Positions 49,801-61,800 of a stretch of 64,000 nt of DNA are shown here, piece by piece. The first letter of the stretch is position 1; each line of letters opens with the position of its first letter. Location of the stretch: the NCBI GenBank assembly GCA_905178155.1, contig CAJINV010000011.1, positions 307,914 through 371,913 of the forward strand. The letters run 5' to 3'. A model generated the notes under the pieces. That model did no database searches, had not been told where the DNA came from, and saw only the letters and a list, made by a program, of their open reading frames with translations. The stretch comes from Amoebophrya sp. A120 (Eukaryota > Protista > Dinoflagellata). The position numbers and the translations under genes were made by a program.

Positions 49801-52800
49801 ATCTTCTCGCGGAATAATTGCCGGAGGGTCCCCCACGGCTTCGACTGTGAGTTCGTTTTGCACAACTGCAGGGGCGCGGCTCGTGCTCGGAATACTATTC
49901 TGGGTACTGGCAGACGCGACGTTTGAGAATGCGGCATTGGACGTCGCCGGGTTGTTGGCTTGAACAACTACATCCGCACGATTTGCAGTGTTGGAAACAA
50001 CAACCCTCTCTTGAGGGATGCTTTTATCATCTTCCGCCACCGGATGTTGAACGAGATTTGTTGAGGAACCAGAACCAGAACCAGCATTCGTGTTGTCCGT
50101 GGAGAAGTTCTCTGGTCGTGCAGCGACCCGTTTCATCTCCTGCGCTGTTGAGGGACCAGCGCGATCTCCAGGTCGTCTCTTCAGAACTATGGACTGCAAA
50201 TATCCCTGGATGTCTGGGAGATTGCGAGATTTATCATGCTAGTCTGGCATGACTCTGAACTCTGTATTGCGTGCCCGCGAAGAGCTCTTTCCGTCTGTGA
50301 TGCACAAACGCGGTTTCTAATGGAGAGTGCGCAACTTTGCTGAACCTCCACGGAAAAACTTGTCATGCGGGGCAGCGCATTGCAGTGCACTCACGCTTGT
50401 TCCCTTTCTTGCATCACAAGTTTCCAGACATCATCCAGGGATATTTGCATTTCATAAGAACGAGCTCCTCGCCATCGTCCTCCTCGACAGCATCGGAGGT
50501 CGTGCTAGATTGCATGGTCAGTTCCGCAGATAGCAAATTCCCTACCTGCGGCCGTTGCTGCCCTGCGTCGGCTGCCACCACACCAGGTCTCGTCTTCAGA
50601 ACGAGCTCCTCGCCATCGTCCGACTCTAGTATTTCTTCGGCAGGTCGTGTCGTTGTACTGGGCAGCTCTGTGTTGTTCTTGGTCGTGTTGTTCACCTCCT
50701 TTATAATTGCGCAGGAGCTGGAACTACTGCTACTACTACTGCTAGTGCTAGTGCTTTGCGCAGGAGCTGGAACCACTGCTAGTGCGTCGTCTGGCTCGAT
50801 AGAAGACGCAGACGGCTGCTCGGGCAAAATATTCTCGTCTAGAATTTCTGTCGAGCCTTTCGGATTTCGATATCCCTGCTCCTCTCGGACCATTTTCACT
50901 TCTTGATCATTTTCCGTTGTCTTTATTGTGCTCTTCGTCAGCTCCGCGGGAGGATTTTTGTCCGCCGCAGCAGTAGTTTCCGTCGACGCAACAATCGGTT
51001 GTTTCTTGTTCTGCGAGGCCGCTGGCGCAACGGTGACTTCCTTGTTCCTCTTCGTAGTAGTGGCTCTATTGATATTTTTGGACGAGGGGGGCAACATTCG
51101 ACGGCCAGAGCTCTTCAATCTCGGTGGTGGAGGTGGAAGAACTGCATTTGATAATATGTTTTTCGCGGCTGGTTTAATATGTTCATTGTCCGAAGATGCA
51201 GATGAAGGAGCTCCTTCATCGGCTTTCTTGCTAGTTGTACTTTTAGTGCTGAACAAACCGGCTGTGGTTGTGGTCTGTACCGCCTCTACTAGAAGTTCGT
51301 CGCCGTTCTTTTCCGGTTCTTTTGTGATAACGTCGTCTCTATTCCCTGTTTGCTGCAGACCTCGTGGCGCATCTTGTTCTCCTGCGGGGGCCATCTCGAC
51401 GCTCATGTTAATATTATCGTGGTCCGAATTCTTATAGCAATCCGACTGCAGCTCCATCTGGATGTGGTCCTCGTCTTCTTCCTCGTCTTCCTCCGGCGGC
51501 AGCAGGAACGGGGCAAAAGGAGTAGCATTTCCTTCTTTGGAATATCTTTTCATCCTCGTAGAAGCTGCCCGGGGCGCCTTGGAGAACAACATTTTCGTGT
51601 TGTTTCTTGTCTTCCCGACGTCCGGAAGATCCTCCAGGTCATCGTCGGATCCTGTGCAAAAGTATCCTGGCGAAAAGTATCGTACCCATATAGATGCAAA
51701 TCTTGCATTACAAATCTTTTTCTTAAGGTAAATCCGCATTACAGCTTTTTTCTCTCATGCTAAGGAAATTTGTTATGCATTTATACGAGTACGATACTTT
51801 TGCAGTTCATACTAGCAGAAACCTGACCTTTTGGGAACTTTTGGCAGATTTTCTGGCGGGTTTGTTCTTGCTTGTGGTAGAAGTTCCACCCGCTCCAGAG
51901 GTCGCGGAAGGAACCGCAGACTTTTGAAGATCTTCGGCCGAAGGAGTTCTTGCAACAGGTGTGCTACAAAAACTTGCCTCGTTACTGTTGGTGTTGCTGT
52001 TTCTGCGCATACTATTTGACGAGTTGCCCTCCATCATATCACTTTCCAGGTTGAGATCATCGTTAAACTCCATGCTGTTGTTCCCATCGTCATTTGAAGA
52101 TGTTGAACCGACATCTTCGTCCTCGTCCGAGAACACCTCTCTCGAACGGGACATGAAGCGGTATGGAGAAGATGAACCACAGGCGTCGTCCTCCGCCGAG
52201 AGATCATGTTCTTGAACATCATTTGCAGCTTTATCACGAGAACCTCCTTTCTCCAACGCTTTCTTCACCCGATTCCATGCCTTTCGGCTCTGCTGATCCG
52301 GCAATTGGAGCGAACGGTCGAGTTCCCGGAGCTGGGGGCACGTGCGCAGCGGGTCGAGCATGTTGTCTTCGATCCAGTTCTACCAAATGTAAAAATGTCT
52401 GGGTCTGGAAACTTGTGATGTAAGTCAGTCAATAACAAATGCACTGTAATGCGCCGCCAAGCATGACAAGTTGCTTCGTGCTTCTGTGCTGCGTATTCCG
52501 CATGAGAAACTGCGTTTTTGCATGACAGGCGAGAGAGGCTGTTTGTGGCCACGCAATACAGATTTAAGGGCCATGCCAGATCAGCATAACAAATCTCGCA
52601 ATCTTCCAGACCCAGACACTTTTACATTTGATAAGTTCAAAAGATTATTATAAATGTCATGCTGATTCGTTTGCTGCTGCTGCATCTCCAGCTGCACAGC
52701 CGCGGGGCGTAATTTTTTAAAGTTCATATCCGCCACCAGCTGTTGCTGTACCCGAAGAGAAGATGAATCTTCCCATATCAGCTGCTTCCTCTGCTCCGAG

Positions 52801-55800
52801 AGAAATTGCAAAAACCCCAGTTGCTTCGCGTTCTTCACGCTGCAGATCTTCTGCTGCCTTGCCCCCCGCAGACCCTCGGCCAGGAGCAACCATTCCCTGC
52901 AGCTCACATGGTCGAGGCGCAGGTTTTCCCGGTCCTCCGCTCCGAAAGAGTGGCCGAACTGGCCCAGCGCGACGCACACGAAGGCGTCTGCCGGCGAGAG
53001 ATCCGGGGTGGCATGTACGCCGGGGGGAAACACGTCCGGTGCGTAATTCATCCGGGCCTGATCGACCACGGTTTCTGGTGGTGTTTGAATTGCAAGTTGT
53101 TGTAGTCCCAAATCAACATCTTCGCGCCGCTGCAGCTGTCGTGCAAACTTGTCCTGTTCGAGAACCTCGTGCACAAACGCGGGTCGGTATTCGCAGAGAC
53201 GGTGAATTTCTCGTCCGTCTACCGGAGGAAGTACGACCTCGCTCTTTCTCCTTTTGGCTTTGCTTTTCGACATGGAACAACTGGCTGAAGACGAAGAGGA
53301 GGATGAAGACGATGTTCCTGATCCACAGTTGTTGGTGCTGGTATTTTTATTACCCGTCTTCAGTTGCACTTGCAGCTGCTCCGATTTTTTATCGGACGAG
53401 AGCTGTTGCTTTTGTTCTCTGATTTCCGTAAAATACGTCTGTGCGCAGGGCTGCCACGCAAACCCCGCAAGCGTACTCGCGGACAGCCGGCACCATGCAA
53501 CATTCGGCCCGTGCTCCGCCTGCTTAACCATCAGCTCCTTGGCGGCGGCGCCTTTTTGCATGTCCATCTTCATGGATGGGATTTTGGTTTTGTAGAAATC
53601 AAACAACGCCTTCCTGGGTGTACTTCCTTTGCCGGTCGTGTTGCTCCTCATCTCCGACTCCGCTGGCGAATCTTCATTATTTTCAAGAAACGCCAGCGCT
53701 GCCGCTGCGCGATCGCCACGCTCAATGGTTTCTTCCCATGCCTCGCAAACAGTATCAGTTTTCCACCTGGTAGCCTGCAAAGGCAGGATTTCTCCAGTGC
53801 ACAGCAGCGTTTTCACGGAAAAGTCCTGGGTTTTCGCCTCCATTTTTGCCCACCGGTCCAGTTTCGGCGCCGCAATGGACAATTTTCTCCGGTCGTCCTC
53901 CGACTCCCAACTGTCCACGTAGTCGTGTTGGAAGATGTTCTTTTTCGGCTCTTTGGAAAAGCACTTCCTCAGGTCATTCCACGCATTTCGCTTCTCCACT
54001 TTAAGGCTCACGACTTGATTTAACGTTTCGCCGCTACTTGATGTGGACGTTGTTCTTGTTGCTGACGATGACGTACTAGTTGCCACCGTTTTGTTGAAAT
54101 CGACTTCTTTCCGCTCAATCTGCACCCACAGGTCGCCCTTGTCCATCACAAGGGCTTGTTTGTCCCGAAGAAACACGTACATGTCCGCAAGTTTCGGGCT
54201 GGCAGGACCAGCAGTGGGGGTCGGGTCCGCGCTGGTGTCCACATCCTGTTCCTGTAGCAGGTCCTGTTGGAAATGCCTTTCGCAGAGGATCAACTGTAGA
54301 ATCTTCCAGATGCAGGTATTCAGAAAGTACTGCTCGTGGCTGGCAATGGTGGCATCGTATTTGTTGAAATCAACTGACTTTGCTCCACTTGGTGGTGTGT
54401 TGTACAACGGGGAGGTATTGTTTCTACCGCTCCCCGAAGCAGTCGTGTAGCTCTCTGGAGAGAAGTAGCCTCCTGCCTGTTGATTCATTTTTTCCTGCTG
54501 AAGTTGAATCACGTAAGATTCCGCACGGAGCAAACTGAAACACACTTCCAGCCGAAAAACGGGGTCGCGCCAAACTTCCGACTGGAGCAAGAAGTCAGCA
54601 ACTTTTCCGATTGCTTTCTCGTCGTTATTTCTCAAAGCCTTTTCCTTCCACGATTCTACTTCCTCCGGGCCTAAATTTTCTTTCGCAGAAAAGAGGTCAA
54701 TGAGCCGGTTGAGTAACCGTGCGAGCGGTCGTCGCTGAGGTGGATGGTCGTGCTCTTGGTCTGCAGCCAATGCCACTTGATCCGTCGCGGCCGTGTGCAA
54801 CATCTTCGCGGATCGTAGCTCGTCAGGAGCTTCGACCACGCTGTTCAAAGTTTCTATCGGATCTTCACTCCTCAGTGCGGCCGTGATTTCGCGCTTGATT
54901 TTTTCCCGTGACGTCTTCCGTGCGTTCGGTGCGAGCTCCTCGTTGGTCTGCACAGCCCACACATTTTGCAGCTGGAGCTCCAGGTACAGGTCGGCCATCG
55001 CGTCCGCCTGCAGGAGCATGTTCGCGTCTTCAACCGCGTAATCGACAAGAGAGGTTTGCGTCCGCGTGCACCGCTCGGCCTCTTCCACGTATCAAATGCA
55101 AATATGTCTGCGTCTAGATCTGTGATGCGAGATCTGCAGTACAACAAGATCTGTAATGCATGAATGCGATTGATCAAGTTTTTTGTCATGCTGGAAGCGA
55201 GTTTCGCATGCGTCTACGAATGAATCGGCAACAAGTAGCCTTGCAAAACTACTGATGCTGTTATGCCGTACAAACTCCTACCTTGCGATGCCAGCTTCCG
55301 CAACACAAATTTCCAGACCCAGAAATATTTGCAATGCATATTACGCGCTTCCGCGCAATCTTGGCTTTGGTCTGGGTTTCCTCGTTCTGCCGCATGTAGA
55401 GCTGCTTTTTCCAGATGTGGTCCCGGTCGATGGAGTTCAAGCCTGCTCCGTTTTGCACGAAGGAGTTATGCGGACGGCAGAAGGGAAAGTCAAATTTCCC
55501 CACTCTCTCCGTGCTACTGCGATCTGCGAAGGGTTCCCGAACCTGATCCAAGTCGACCCGAGCGTAGAGCTATGCATTGCAAAAGTATCGTTCTCCGATA
55601 CTAATTGCAGTTATACGCATTTTCATATACAAATCTCTTTCTTCAGGTATTAAATCTGCATCACAAATTTCATTATGCAAAGCTGAGCAAATTTTTCATG
55701 TGGTTTCTACTAGAAAAGTACGACACAGATACTATTGCAGTGCATAACAGTGCTCCACTCGTCGCAGGGACAGTAAGTGGTCCACGAAGCTGTTGCCGCG

Positions 55801-58800
55801 GCGATAATTTTTCAGATGATCCAACATGTCCTTTCGCTGATGCTTGCTCGATGTAATTTCCCTGCAGCTGCTGCTCCTGAATATTAGAGACGGTTGGTTC
55901 CTTACTGCTGCTGCTCACCGCACTGTATTCCTGGTCGGCACCGGCAGACGTCGTGGCGGACGAGCTGGTTTTGCTCGCGTTTTTGATAAGGCCGTCGTCC
56001 TCGCCGTCCTGCTTTCTCCTTTTGGTGCCATCCTGTTCTACTCCTTCGTCCGCCGTCTCATCTTGTTCCTCGCGTATTTTCAAGGGATTCTTCTTCGGAC
56101 GCCCACGCGGTTTCGGTGGCGGCTTTGCCGCGGAAATCGGAGCAGCTGCCGCGGAGGAAGCAGAGGACGCCGCTCCCGCCCCCGCGGAGGAAGAAGAGGC
56201 ACCTGCAGTTCCGGCTGCAGCGGGCGGCGCAGCCGCGCTACTGTCGTTTTTCGCGTTTTCTTCAAACTCGTCTGCTGCAGCCTTCAGCTGCAGTTCTGCC
56301 TCTGCAGCGAGAGTCTTTTTATTCTTGGAGCCGAGCGGCCGGCCCTTTTTCTTCATGGGCGGGTCGAGCAGACCACCGGCCCCGTCTTGTTGCACTACAG
56401 GGTCTACATCTTGTTGTTCTGATTCCACTTCTTCTGCAGAAGAGGCCCGACTTCTGCGCGCAGCTTGTTTACCATTATTACTCTTTCTGGCAGCCTTGGC
56501 TTTCGCTTTCTCTTTCGCTCCACCTCTGGCTCGGGACTTGGACTTACCTCGCGCATTGTGATTCACTCCCCGCGCAGTGGATTTGTTTCCCCGCGCAGTG
56601 GATTTGTTTCCCCTCGCCTTGGCCTTCGCTTTATTCATCATTTTGGCTTTGTTGTTACGCGTTGTCCAATCCTCATCGCTCGTATCCTCGGGGTCATTTT
56701 CGTGCTGCCCCTCGAAATTGGGACCACTTTTGGAAGAGAAAAAATTATCGCTTTGCTCCTCGCTCTCGCTTGACGGTGCGTCCGCAGCGTGTTTGCCTTC
56801 CTCGTCAGTATTATTTCCAAATAAGCCGGCAATTGTCTTGCGTGCTGCTGATGCAGCAGCAGCAAATACTCGGCCCGGAAAAAGCGCGACCTGTTCTTCG
56901 ATTTTCACCTCTTCATCTAGCTCTGCAGCCACTTTGGCACCGGGAAACGCCGCCGGCCTCGCTTTCACGGCTGGCCGGGCCGGTGGTTTGAAGTTGCTTT
57001 GCTGCGCAAGAAGAACGCGATGTGGATCGGGAATCATCTTGTTGTGTTCGCCTTCCATGGCACGGGGCTGTTTGGTTCCCACCATCGAAGTAGTACCACG
57101 TGCTTTGCTTTTGTTGGCTCTCTTGTTGTTTACCAGGGCGGGACCGGGTGCAGCAGCACTACTGGAGTTCTTGATTTTCATCGCCTGGTGCTTCTCGAAC
57201 GACTTCAAAACCGCGTTTCGCCGCATCACATCCGTGTTGTAGTCTCCGTGTACGCGGTTCAATGCCTTTTTGTCCTTTTGCTGGTCGTCGGTGAACCGCG
57301 TCTGCAACGTCTGTAGTTTTAAGCGGTTCTTCTCCGCATGTTGCTTCTGCATCTCCAGGTACGTACAGGTGTGCCCGATCTCCCGGCAATTCCGCCGCAA
57401 GTCGGTCAAAATGTCCTCCTGTATGACACTGCACAACTCCCCCACAACCTCTATTTGTGTTGCATGAACAGCAATACAAACACCCGCACATGTGAAGCCT
57501 GTACATGACAAATTCATGCGAGCAATTTAGTACTGTTTGGGCAGCTTCCGGAATGTGTCATGCAAACAGAACCACACGGTAGCGCTTGGATTTGCTAAAT
57601 TTGCATGACAAATGAGGGGGAAGGGGAGTTGTGCACTGTCATATCCTGCTGATGGTTTTCGTCCAACGAAGTGTTTGTAATAACTGGCTCGTACAGCATC
57701 CAGACGTCGGGCTGCAGTAAGCACAGCTCCTCGCGCGTATCAAATGTAAAAATGTCTGGGTCTGGAAGATTGCGAGACTTATCATGCTGGACTGGCATGA
57801 CTCTGAAATCTGTATTGCGTGGCTGCGAAGAGCTCCTCCTCGCTGTCATGCAAAAACGCAATTTCTCCTGCGGAATACGCAACTCAGACCCATGAAAAAA
57901 ACTTGTCATGCCTGGCAGCGCATTACACTGAGCTAACTAGTCCCTTCCTTGCATCACAAGTTTCCAGACCCAGACATATTTGCATTTGATAGCGCGGGAG
58001 GACGTGCGACTTCCCGTACGAAGCCCCCGCACAGTACACCCAGGCAGGAACGAGGTACTTCTGCATCCTGGGAAAGTTCGCTTCCTCCAGCACAGGCGTT
58101 ACGGTCGCATCCAAGTCAATATCGTCGTCACTTGGGCAAGGACTACTTTGGCTTGACTCAACATCTACTTCCGAATTGTCACAGCTAGCGCTGTTGTTTT
58201 CGTCCGCGTTCTCCTTTTCCCGCAGCTCCGCCGATTTACTCTCCGCTTCTTTCCTTTCCTTGTCTTTCGCCTCCTGTTCCCTCCTCGCCTTCAGTTCTGC
58301 CACCTTCTTCACGTACCCCTCATCCACCCGGGCCCACTGGGATTTCGCGATCTTTTCCGGAAAGTTCATACCAAAATTCGAGTTGCCGTCCGGCCGGTAC
58401 CACGGGAAGAAGGGAAACGTCACCGGCTTTTGCAGCTCGAACTGCGGATAGCTGCCTCCGATCCGGTCTTCCACTAGTTCCGTCCGGCTCATCTCGGCCC
58501 AGGTCTGCAGGTTTCCCTCGTTGTCGCGCTTCTCTTTTCGAATTCTAACCAGGTTCGCGTCGTAGCAGTTGTCAGGCAGCACAATGAGATTCTGCGTACT
58601 TGGTAAGGTTCCCCTCACTCCTTGCCGGATCATGTAGTTGTAGTTCATCTTGTCTGTATCGGGGCAGTATGCCTGTTGGCGGTTCTTCTCTGACGTAAGA
58701 ACGCAGTTAGCCTCTTTGTTCTTAGCCCCGGCAGGCGAGGAAAAACTACAATCCCTGTTTCTATTCGCTTCTGGCGAAGTAGATGAATACATGTTTTCGT

Positions 58801-61800
58801 GCTGCATTTCCAAAGCCCGCAACCAGTCAAATCCATTGCGGATCTTGATAGTCGTCCCACCAAAAGAAGCTTCGTGGTCCTCGTTCACTGGAAGGAGCTT
58901 CACGTTTGGAATCTCCGTGTAGACAACGTCAAAGTTGTTTTCAGCATTCGGATCTTCCGGATAATTCTCCTCATCGCCTATAAAGACCGGCAGCGTGATT
59001 TCCTGTAGCTCCGCCGACACGCAGACAAATTGGTACTGCACCGGCACCAGATACGGAATGTTTTTCATCCGCCCGTCCGCGTTCGCCGGCGGAAACGAAG
59101 TGCTGGTCCCATTGTAGTAATCCAGCAGCGGTTGCGGTTTCCGTATCGCCGTTACCATCGTCAAGTACGGGAGTTTAAACCTTTCCGGAAGCTGCTCGTC
59201 AGCAGAACAAGTCTCTGGTGCGCGCATGTGGGAGTTCGTGATCGCGTCGTAGAACCGCCGTTTTTTCTCCAAAATCTCAGCAGCGGGAGGTGTTTCCGCG
59301 AAGAACTCTCGCTCTAGCAATTCTGGAGTGATCGGAATGGCTCTCGGTTTCAAAGTTTCGACGGGGTTCTGTTTCTTGCTCCTCTTGCTCGCGGTTTTTA
59401 CCGATTTATTTCCATCGTTCAACATCTCCTTGTCATGCTTTGTCGTGGCCTGCTCGTTTGATAATATTTTTCCCGCTTGTTTAGAAGTACTATTCGGTGC
59501 AGTCCAATGCGGGAACGCGACGAGCATCTGCAGGTACAGCCACTGCTCTGGGCTTTCCTGAAAATAGTTCCACAAGTCGGGTTTGTCCACCAGGGGAACG
59601 TCGTAGCTGAAGCAGGTGGTGACATCCCCGTCCTTTTTAAACCGGTCTTCGTTAAACTCGATCGCTTTGTCTCGGACCCCTCTGCGAACCAGACTCCGGC
59701 CCTTCATCAACGGCGGTATGGGTTGTATCACGGCACCAGTTGATGCACCGGAAGCTCTTTCTTGCGCAGAACGAGTGCGACTGCTATCATTGGTAAAATT
59801 GCCGCAAGGGAGCTGGTACTCGTAGAGGGTCTGGCCCTTGGCACTGTTGTCGCTGAGCAAAAGATTTCTCCTGCCGCGACGCAAGCGCCGGATACCGCTG
59901 GTCTCCATTAGCCCTCGCCACACCGCGTCCACATTCCGCCGCATCATCGCCTCGCTTAACGAGAGGTGGCCTTGCTTCTGTTTTTCTACTTGTTCGGCGT
60001 TTTTACTGTTGTTCTCCTCTTTTGATGCGGAAGAAAATGCTGCTGAGGCGTTCGTACTAGCACCGTCGTCCTGGCTATTGTTGTTCTTCTTTTCGTGAAC
60101 CCCGTCGCGGTCGTTGTCGTCGTCGTCGCCACCTGTATTGTAGACAAAAATGTTGTCCTGATATCGAAAATCTATATCATTCACTTCATCGTCGCGCACA
60201 TATTTTTAGTGCAATTTCAACCACAGCCACCAGAAACACAACTACCTGAAATAACAAACATGAAACCACAAGTAAACCATCGATGTCACCACGTCGGATT
60301 ATTATACCAGACATATTATCGTCTTCCCCTCCGCTCGACCCGGACTGGGTGGATCTATTTTGGTGTTGACTGCTCGAGCTGCCCTATCAGAAAGAAACAT
60401 CCCCCCTCCCCATATCGAGACGAAGTTTCTGATGCTGGATTTCCGTACACAAATGCGCGCTGTCTTGCAATACGGCATCGCAGCCCGATTCTCAGTCAAG
60501 GAAGGGGCGCTTAGGTCTAGTTGCTTAGCATTACAAACGGCTGACCCCTAGGCCCAAGAGCATGCCAAATCGCTTCCATAATGACGCGGAAGCCTCTGCA
60601 CTTGTCTTCTTGCAAGACAGACGTGATTTGTGCTCTCAAATCAGCAAGAGAAATTTTCGAAAACATACCTTTTCGATATGGGGAGGGGGGATTTTTCCTC
60701 TCAATATGCCCGTGCCGCTCTTCTGAGTGGACTTCGTCGGCAAGCGCGTGCTCAAACCATCCATTTCCGCTCCCTGCCAAAAATCCAACTCGATCTCCAT
60801 GTCCTCGTCGTCCAAGTGCTGGAGCAACCGCCCAGAGGGTAGAGTAGTACCTTTGATTTTGACGAGACAAGGACTGCTGTTGTTTCTACTAGGAATTCAT
60901 GGGAACTATGTATCAAAAACCACACGAAAATAGCACTCGTTAGTTTGTAGCTACCTTCTGCTTCGCGTACGACATCCATTTCATCGTCCTCACACGGCTT
61001 CAAATCCACTTCTCCTTGCTCGGCGTCGACACCAGGAGCGGCCTGCAGCTCATCTACCACGATTCCTTTCACCAGAGCAGCAGAAGTTCTTTCCTGCCTT
61101 TTCACCGCCTCTACTTCGGCCTGTTTCATCCCCGTCTGGATTCGTTTATCCTTCGCAACCTCGTCCGCTTGCGCCAAGATCGTTTTCGCAGCGCTTGCTA
61201 ACAGTTCTTGTTCCGTTTTTTGGTAGATTACGGTGGCCATTTGCAAACACGCTTCGTTCCAGTTGTGCTCCACCAGAGCCGGAAACTTCACGCTCACGTT
61301 GGAAGACGGGTCGCTTTGCTCGTAGGTCCGCGTGAAAATCGCTCCGTCCGGAAGACCGGGGTAATAGACGGTAGAATTTTTCGCCGCACAAGAACCGCCG
61401 ATGTTTTTCGTCAACAACATCGTGTCTTCAAGTCGATCAAACACTCGGTCGTAAAAGTCGGAACTCTTGACTTTCTGCCTCCCCCGCTCCTCGGGTCGCG
61501 GGTATTGCCGAAAATACCAGGACATCTGCTGTGCGAGCAAGCCGCAGGGGAACAAATCGTGATTTTTACCGTCGGTCAACCGCAGGTACACGGTGAGAAG
61601 CTGGATGTAGCTGGCCGCATTTCCCTTCGAGAGGAGCTTTTTCACGCGTCCTGCGGCCTCTTTCAGCGGAAGAAGGTAGTGGTGGTGGTCGTCGTCGTCG
61701 TGGGTGCGCTTATCGGATGAAAACACGTTTTCAACGAAATCCGCAAACATTTCGACGATCGCAGCGACCTGTTCCCGTCTCTGCAAGTTGCTGCAGAACT

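Noticed and set aside
22461-57991. Recurrent peptides such as SNAKVSGSG, LPDPDIFAFD, VQKYRT and CKSIVL as a protein domain
   Set aside because: They are translations of introner TIRs.
5435-60706. Codon-phase bias of insertions (18 of 37 in phase 1 at the TIR edge)
   Set aside because: Sample too small, and it could follow from target-sequence composition.
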